From: Halomicronema hongdechloris C2206
GTDB lineage: Bacteria; Cyanobacteriota; Cyanobacteriia; Phormidesmidales; Phormidesmidaceae
Direction of reading: 5' to 3'
Assembly: GCF_002075285.3 (NCBI RefSeq)
Contig: NZ_CP021983.2
Coordinates: 3,390,001-3,422,000, forward strand
Length of the DNA: 32,000 nt
The position numbers and the translations under genes were made by a program. The notes below the pieces were generated by a model. It was not told where the DNA came from. It worked only from the letters and a program-made list of their open reading frames with translations, and ran no database searches. Shown piece after piece: positions 26,696 to 32,000 of this stretch (positions are counted from its first letter, which is position 1; each line of letters opens with the position of its first letter).

Positions 26696-27100
26696 CTAGG
26701 GGAGCCACCAACCAATGCCCAGCCCTAAAAAGGGGAATCCAGCTAGCACGAGGAACGAGAGTAGTCCCCCCAGATCTAGCAATAGGGTATCGACTCGGGC
26801 TAATAGGGACACGGCGGCCAGCACGAGGATGTAGGCAAATAGATGAAATTGCACGACGGCCACTACCGATAGGGATGCCAGTACTAGGACCATGATGGAG
26901 TAGCCGGCGTCGGACTGGAACCCTAGCAACAGCATGCGGCGAAAAGGTCCCCAGAAAATGGTGAGGATGCTGGCTAATGCGATCGCAAATACCCCGCTCA
27001 AGACCCACACATAGGTGGCCACCTCCAGGGAATGGAGAAAGCGACCATAGGTCATATAGGCCAGCAACAGTAGTAGCCACGAGAGCCAGGGAGTTTTCAT
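26696..27100 (-). CDS. Small polytopic membrane protein (about 4 TM), family unknown
   Basis: MKTPWLSWLLLLLAYMTYG... followed by repeated hydrophobic ~20-aa segments. Preferred over the overlapping Arg/Pro-rich 26616..27080 frame. Confidence 0.6.
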   Translation of the reverse strand: MKTPWLSWLLLLLAYMTYGRFLHSLEVATYVWVLSGVFAIALASILTIFWGPFRRMLLLGFQSDAGYSIMVLVLASLSVVAVVQFHLFAYILVLAAVSLLARVDTLLLDLGGLLSFLVLAGFPFLGLGIGWWLP

Positions 27101-27207
27101 CGACTTATCTTGTGCCCTAGCCACACCTCGTCCAAGGCGGTCCTACAAAGCGTCCCTCCTACAATAGCCTGCAACCGCCAGATAACTGTCAATGGATAGC
27201 ATCCGCT

Positions 27208-27612
27208 TTAGAGGTTGGTGGAAATGGCGTTAACCGGGCACGTGGGAATGCACTGCTCACACATGACACAGGTGGTGCGATTAAACTGCAGCTGAAAGGT
27301 CTGGGGGTCAAGGGTTAAGGACTCCGTCGGGCACACCCCCGTGCAGAGCCCGCAATGCACACACGCCTCTTCATCAATCAGAATCTCCCGGCTGGCTAAT
27401 GACACCCGAATCCCCTGGGTCTGCATCCAGTCTATGGACTCATCCAGTTGATCAATGTCGCCGGACAACTCCACCACTAAGGTCCCAATCTGATTTGGGG
27501 CCACTTGGGCTCGAATGATATTGGCAGCAATATTAAAATCCTTGGCCAGGCGATAGGTAATTGGCATATGTACCGATCGCTGGGGAAAGGTAAGCTTGAC
27601 CCGCTTTTTCAT
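27208..27612 (-). CDS. NIL-domain protein fused to a 2x[4Fe-4S] ferredoxin domain
   Basis: The N-terminal ~75 aa are NIL-like (ITYRLAKDFNIAANIIRAQV...GTLVVELSGD). Two Cys clusters follow: CVHCGLCTGVCP and CVMCEQCIPTCP. Confidence 0.8.
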   Translation of the reverse strand: MKKRVKLTFPQRSVHMPITYRLAKDFNIAANIIRAQVAPNQIGTLVVELSGDIDQLDESIDWMQTQGIRVSLASREILIDEEACVHCGLCTGVCPTESLTLDPQTFQLQFNRTTCVMCEQCIPTCPVNAISTNL

Positions 27613-27755
27613 GGGGCTGAATCGATTCCGTTAGACTAAGAAACGGCGGACGTGTACCAGTTCAGCTCGAGGTCAGGGATTTCCCATTGAGTAAGCCGCT
27701 AAGTCTGGACTAGTAAAACGTTGAACACACCATCCGTTGCCTCAATTGTGACGTC

Positions 27756-28346
27756 ATGTCTGAAAAGTTGCCAGGTTCTTCTGATATTCAAGGGTCTGCC
27801 TTTGGCCAGCGCCTACGAAACTTTCTGATTGTCCTTACAGCAGTTGTCTTAGCCGTCGCCATCTTTGTAGGGGTGCGAGGTCCTTCCCCCAGTGGCTCCC
27901 TAACTGCCTTAGCAGAAACTGCCACCCCCCTGGAGACAGCCCTAGCCAACCAACAGCCCACCCTAATAGAGTTCTACGCCAATTGGTGTACCTCCTGTCA
28001 GGCCATGGCCAGTGACATGGCCGACCTGCGGCAAACCTACGCCGATCGGGTCAACTTCGTCATGCTCAACGTCGACAACAGCAAGTGGCTGCCGGAAATG
28101 CTGCAATACCGCGTCGACGGCATTCCCCACTTTGTTTACTTAGATGAGGTCGGCGAACCCGTGGCCATGGCCATCGGCGAACAGCCTGCCAGTGTCATAG
28201 CCGACAACCTAACTGCACTAGCAGCCCATCAACCGCTACCCCATCAACAAGGCTTTGGCCGCACCTCCGAGCTAGGCGAGTCTCCTGCTCCCAAAGCCAG
28301 TGCTGGGGAAGATCCCCGCAGCCACGGGGCCCAGGTCGTTCAGTAG
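27756..28346 (+). CDS. txlA: Membrane-anchored thioredoxin-like thiol:disulfide oxidoreductase (TxlA/HCF164 type)
   Basis: One N-terminal TM (FLIVLTAVVLAVAIFVGV), the thioredoxin motif EFYANWCTSCQAMA, and DGIPHFVYLD. Confidence 0.7.
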   Translation: MSEKLPGSSDIQGSAFGQRLRNFLIVLTAVVLAVAIFVGVRGPSPSGSLTALAETATPLETALANQQPTLIEFYANWCTSCQAMASDMADLRQTYADRVNFVMLNVDNSKWLPEMLQYRVDGIPHFVYLDEVGEPVAMAIGEQPASVIADNLTALAAHQPLPHQQGFGRTSELGESPAPKASAGEDPRSHGAQVVQ

Positions 28347-28349
28347 TAA

Positions 28350-28500
28350 GGACGGAACAAGGGTAGGCGAGTAGATGGGGTGACGAGTGACGAGTGATGG
28401 GGTGTAGACGCGGTGGCGGCTTCCCGGAGGGTAGGGGTGATGGGGTGATGGGGAGGAGTGAAGAGTGTAGGGCTATGCCCGTGCGTAGGGCTGTGCCGTG
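28350..28500 (+). repeat. Purine/G-rich, nearly C-free degenerate short-repeat tract with a G-quadruplex motif
   Basis: GTGACGAGTGACGAGTGATGGGG...; GGGtaGGGGtgatGGGGtgatGGGG at 28429-28453; GTAGGGCTATGCCCGTGCGTAGGGCTGTGCCGTGTGTAG (imperfect direct repeat). Confidence 0.7.
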
Positions 28501-28853
28501 TGTAGCAGCAGGGTGCTGAGTTGTCTGTCTGCGGTGATGAAGATTGCTCTGAGCTCCGGTCTCCCTGCTCCCCTCGGGCAAGCACCCTGAGCTACACGAT
28601 TACGTGTGGTCTTACTGAGGTTTATCACGCCTTGCCGATGCAACGCGATCTTTGGCGACTGACCGACAGGCCCTTCCGCAGGTCCAAGGTGGCAGTTCGA
28701 CTGCATAGCCCATGTCAGCCCAGAGGTAGAAGCCAACGGCAGATATTCCCGTGGGTTAGGCGGAGCTGTGATGGAGCAGTCTTGACCGATGCCAGGGGAA
28801 TTCGCGCATAATTTTGGATTATCTAGATTCACGCTACCTCAGGAGGCTCCGTC

Positions 28854-30002
28854 ATGAAGTCCCGTGCCTACAGGTCAATCTGGGCTGGATTGTTTGCCAT
28901 AAGTCTGACCACCCCGACATTAGCCCTCGCCACTGAAGCGATGCCCTGGTCAGCGACTAACTCCCGGGAGCTGTCGCAGCCGACCTCTTCTCCGTCCCGA
29001 CAGCTGGCTCAAGCTGCCTCGCCTTTCACCGCAGTGCGCAGTATCAGCCATGGTCGCAGCGTCAATGCCCTGGCCTTTAGCCGTGACGGTCGCTGGTTGG
29101 CCACAGCCGGTGGAGACGGCAAGATTCGAGTCTGGAATGTCAATGCCCTACTACAGGGAGATGAGCTCAACTATGTGCGAGTTGTGATCACTGTTCCGGC
29201 AGCAGATACCTATGCCACCTCCCTCAGCTTCAGTGCTGATGGCCGCTGGCTCGTCACTGGTACCTACAACGGTGACTTTCGCCGCTGGGATCTCAATGCC
29301 TGTGACCCTCACCGTAACACCTGTGCCACTGACCTATTGCAAGAAAAGGAATACCATGGCGTCGACACCAATGTAGGGTTTCATCCCAACGAGACTCTGC
29401 TGGCTGGCTCTAACTATGACGGCACCGTCACCCTGTGGAACTGGACTGATCGCTCCGTGGCAGGGGTGTTAGAGCCAGAGACTGGCGCCCAAGATGGTTC
29501 TGAACTGGAGGGCCGCTTCTCCTCGTTGGCCTTCAGCAACAATGGCCGCTACCTAGCCGCCGGGACCCACAATAAGAGCATTACGTTTTGGGATTTCGAG
29601 GATGATTTCGAGCGGGTACTGACCATCGAAACAACATTTGGAGTCGAGACGGTAGCCTTTAGCCCCGATGATCAGCGCTTGGCCTATGGTACTCTGCGCG
29701 GCATAGAACTCCGCGGTTTAGACTATCGCCGCAAGTATCCCCGCGCCAGTGAGCCCGTGCTGTTAGAAAACCCCAGCCGCGTCAACACCCTACTGTTTAG
29801 CCCCGATGGCCGCTATATCTTCTCGGGGGATAGCGACGGTACCTTAGCGCTCTGGGATGTGGAAGCCGAGGAATTAATAGGCCGGAGTGATGACGGCCAG
29901 AGCCACGATCGCGGCATTCTCGAGGTGACGTATGATCCGGCTAATAACCTCTATGCTAGTGGCAGTAGTGATGGCACCGTGAAACTGTGGCGACTGCGTT
30001 AG
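28854..30002 (+). CDS. Secreted/periplasmic WD40-repeat (beta-propeller) protein
   Basis: Signal-peptide-like N-terminus MKSRAYRSIWAGLFAISLTTPTLALA. Repeated units such as ALAFSRDGRWLATAGGDGKIRVWNV, LSFSADGRWLVTGTYNGDFRRWDL and GSSDGTVKLWRL. SD AGGAGG upstream. Confidence 0.85.
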   Translation: MKSRAYRSIWAGLFAISLTTPTLALATEAMPWSATNSRELSQPTSSPSRQLAQAASPFTAVRSISHGRSVNALAFSRDGRWLATAGGDGKIRVWNVNALLQGDELNYVRVVITVPAADTYATSLSFSADGRWLVTGTYNGDFRRWDLNACDPHRNTCATDLLQEKEYHGVDTNVGFHPNETLLAGSNYDGTVTLWNWTDRSVAGVLEPETGAQDGSELEGRFSSLAFSNNGRYLAAGTHNKSITFWDFEDDFERVLTIETTFGVETVAFSPDDQRLAYGTLRGIELRGLDYRRKYPRASEPVLLENPSRVNTLLFSPDGRYIFSGDSDGTLALWDVEAEELIGRSDDGQSHDRGILEVTYDPANNLYASGSSDGTVKLWRLR

Positions 30003-30183
30003 TGCAGGATTCAGGCAACGGGGTTGTGGTCCTCTCTGTGATGCCGTATGTGGTCTTATAGGCAAGGGGACAGGGTGTCATGCCCAGTAACATTCAGGGT
30101 GACCATTGAGTACAATCATGGCGATGTGTTTAGGACGTAGATGCTAGTGGCCTTAAGGGCTAGCATTAGCGATATCCATCACC

Positions 30184-31635
30184 ATGAGCACTGCGTTAAC
30201 GCCAGAGGACTCCCTATTTCGGTTAGTTGACCGAGTAGCTACGCATCTGGAGCCAGTATCGGTTCAGAGCCATGGGTTGAAGGCAATTCTACAGTCCTGG
30301 TTAGGCTTTCTGGCAGCTCAGTCAGAGGCGGCCATCATCTGGACTAAGCTGCCGCGGGGTAGAGGATGGCAGGAATTGCTGAGCCAATACGGTCATGCTC
30401 AACCGCGATCGCATCTATACTGCCTAGATCGACCCAGGCAAGAGGGGGGCAATCGTCCCCAAGTAGCTCCCCCGCAGCTGCGCCTACCTTTACCCGATCG
30501 CCGGCTGTGGCGAGGCGAGTATCTGCTGCTCTTCTGCCTGCCGTCTGGGTCTGGGGTTCTGCTGGCCCAGCGCCACCCGCCAGCATCGCAACGGGGACCT
30601 CAGGCGGGGGAGGCGACAGCCGCCCAACGGGTAGAGCTACGCGTTGTCAGTTCCCTGCAACCGACTGTGGTCAGCGAGGTCAGAGCCGCCCTGCAGCAAA
30701 TGCTTTATACCTGCCTGCAGACCTATCCGGATCACGTCGAGTGGACAGACCTGCTCAGCCATTGGGAGACTGTTTGTCCTCCACCAGCGTCCTCTACTAA
30801 CCTAGCCTGGCTAGATCAGTTTCTCTGCTGGCAATGGCAAAAACAGGCGCAGTTAGGCCACCAAGTCTCCCGGTACCGCCGACAGGCCCAATCAGCCACC
30901 GACCTCTCCCGGCAAAATGAGTCGCTGATGAGCCAACTGCAACTCAGGGAGGAATTTTGCCATGCCATTGGTCAAGAGCTGCGGACGCCGTTGGCCAATA
31001 TCAAAATGGCCCTGTCTCTGTTGACGTCTTCTAAGTTACCGCCACAACAACAGCAGCGCTACTTGACCTTGATCAGCCACGAATGCGATCGCCAGAGTTC
31101 CGTCATTAACGGAGTATTAGACCTGCTCCAGATCGAGGTCAATGCCCGCCAAGTAACCCCTGCACCAAGCCGGTTAATCGAGACCGTCCCGGCTGTCATC
31201 AGCACCTATCAGCCCCTGGCTGAGGAGAAGGGGATCCGCTTGACCTGTACCATTACCGATGATTTACCGTCCCTGGCCTGTCCAGAGGCTTGGCTGCGCC
31301 AGATCATGATCCATTTAGTCCACAACAGCATCAAATATACCCCCAGTGGTGGTGAAGCCTGGGTGGCAGCCCAGCAGCGGCAAGCTGACAGAGTCGAGGT
31401 GGTGATTCAAGATACTGGCCAGGGCATTGCCCCTAATGAGGTGCCCAAGATCTTTGACCACTTTTACCAGGGGCGGCAGCAACCACCGGATCAGCCTGAA
31501 GGGGCGGGGCTAGGGCTGACCATTGTGCAACAGTTGCTGACCCACTGCGGCGGCACCATTACGGTGAACAGTCATCCGGGTAAAGGCACTACCTTTCGAG
31601 TGTATTTTCCCACCCATGAGGAGCCTGAGCAATAG
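30184..31635 (+). CDS. Cytoplasmic sensor histidine kinase with an unassigned ~250-aa N-terminal domain
   Basis: H-box HAIGQELRTPLANIKMAL, N box HLVHNSIKYTPSG, DTGQGI and GAGLGLTIV. I saw no obvious TM segments. Confidence 0.85.
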   Translation: MSTALTPEDSLFRLVDRVATHLEPVSVQSHGLKAILQSWLGFLAAQSEAAIIWTKLPRGRGWQELLSQYGHAQPRSHLYCLDRPRQEGGNRPQVAPPQLRLPLPDRRLWRGEYLLLFCLPSGSGVLLAQRHPPASQRGPQAGEATAAQRVELRVVSSLQPTVVSEVRAALQQMLYTCLQTYPDHVEWTDLLSHWETVCPPPASSTNLAWLDQFLCWQWQKQAQLGHQVSRYRRQAQSATDLSRQNESLMSQLQLREEFCHAIGQELRTPLANIKMALSLLTSSKLPPQQQQRYLTLISHECDRQSSVINGVLDLLQIEVNARQVTPAPSRLIETVPAVISTYQPLAEEKGIRLTCTITDDLPSLACPEAWLRQIMIHLVHNSIKYTPSGGEAWVAAQQRQADRVEVVIQDTGQGIAPNEVPKIFDHFYQGRQQPPDQPEGAGLGLTIVQQLLTHCGGTITVNSHPGKGTTFRVYFPTHEEPEQ

Positions 31636-31654
31636 ACCAATGACCAAGACAGAC

Positions 31655-32000
31655 TTAGAGAGAGCGGCGCTCTAAGGGCAAGAAGACGGTCAACACTTCT
31701 CCCTGTTGTGGCCGTTGCCGCACGATTAGCTTGCCCCCCAAGGCCTGGAATAGGTTCTTCGTGGCCTCCAGGTTAAGGCTGAGGCCCCCGGTTTCGGGCT
31801 GCAGCATCAGCAGATGGCCCAGAGAACGCAGCGGCGGAGACGATGGCTCTAGCTCCGGTTCTAGGGAATGGCCATCTATAGAGGTGGCCTGGAATTTTAG
31901 TTTCAGCTGGTGCCCTGCCAGCACCACCACCAGTTGAATATGGCTCTGGGCTGGCAAACCCTGGACGAAGCGCTCTACCAAGCCTGTGAGCACCTGATTC
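31655..32000 (-). CDS. C-terminal part of a histidine-kinase-like ATPase-domain protein; N-terminus is beyond the right window edge
   Basis: The frame is open to the window end (NQVLTGLVERFVQ...). The tail LFQALGGKLIVRQRPQQGEVLTVFLPL resembles the G2-box and final strand of HATPase_c, but the G1 (DxGxG) region looks degenerate. Confidence 0.4.
   Translation of the reverse strand, partial: NQVLTGLVERFVQGLPAQSHIQLVVVLAGHQLKLKFQATSIDGHSLEPELEPSSPPLRSLGHLLMLQPETGGLSLNLEATKNLFQALGGKLIVRQRPQQGEVLTVFLPLERRSL

Noticed and set aside
26616-27080. 154-aa minus-strand ORF overlapping the membrane-protein gene
   Set aside because: The alternative frame (26696..27100) gives regular ~20-aa hydrophobic helices. 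This frame is Arg/Pro/Gly/His-rich, typical of an off-frame in GC-rich DNA.
28350-28500. Possible CRISPR array suggested by the short repeats downstream of txlA
   Set aside because: The repeat units are 7-8 nt, degenerate and contiguous. There are no 25-40-nt repeats separated by unique spacers, and no cas genes in the window.
28782-28812. TTGACC-N19-CATAAT as the WD40 gene promoter
   Set aside because: The 19-nt spacer is too long for confidence and there is no supporting evidence, so it is not listed as a feature.

Overview
This is a chromosomal segment from a cyanobacterium. The evidence is an unmistakable ntcA, a Hik2-type kinase, Fe-SOD, prfC, a TxlA-like thioredoxin, and 12 copies of the HIP1 palindrome GCGATCGC. 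Sampled 60-nt lines of core genes run about 55-60% GC. Most of the window is ordinary housekeeping or conserved cyanobacterial genes. Four things stand out. (1) A ~4.1 kb AT-rich, HIP1-free mobile-element graveyard sits at ~18.85-23.0 kb. It holds a decayed ISL3 transposase gene split by an apparently intact IS630-family element (TIRs, TA duplication, A9 -1 frameshift site). It also holds an orphan Abi/UG-class reverse transcriptase gene that decays after motif C and abuts an ISKra4-like IS. (2) A zinc-ribbon ThrC-fold PLP enzyme is followed by a MoaD/ThiS-type GG-terminal sulfur carrier. (3) A five-gene minus-strand operon of small enzymes (VOC, DUF1579, cupin, 2x RibD_C/DHFR-like) lies behind an 8-2-8 palindromic operator candidate. 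(4) Two unusually long non-coding spacers occur: 6165-7129, and 28347-28853, which carries a purine/G-rich repeat tract with a G-quadruplex motif. I saw no CRISPR array, no rRNA and no intact multi-gene defence system. The RT is the closest thing to a defence module and looks inactivated. All family assignments come from reading motifs by eye; no searches were run.
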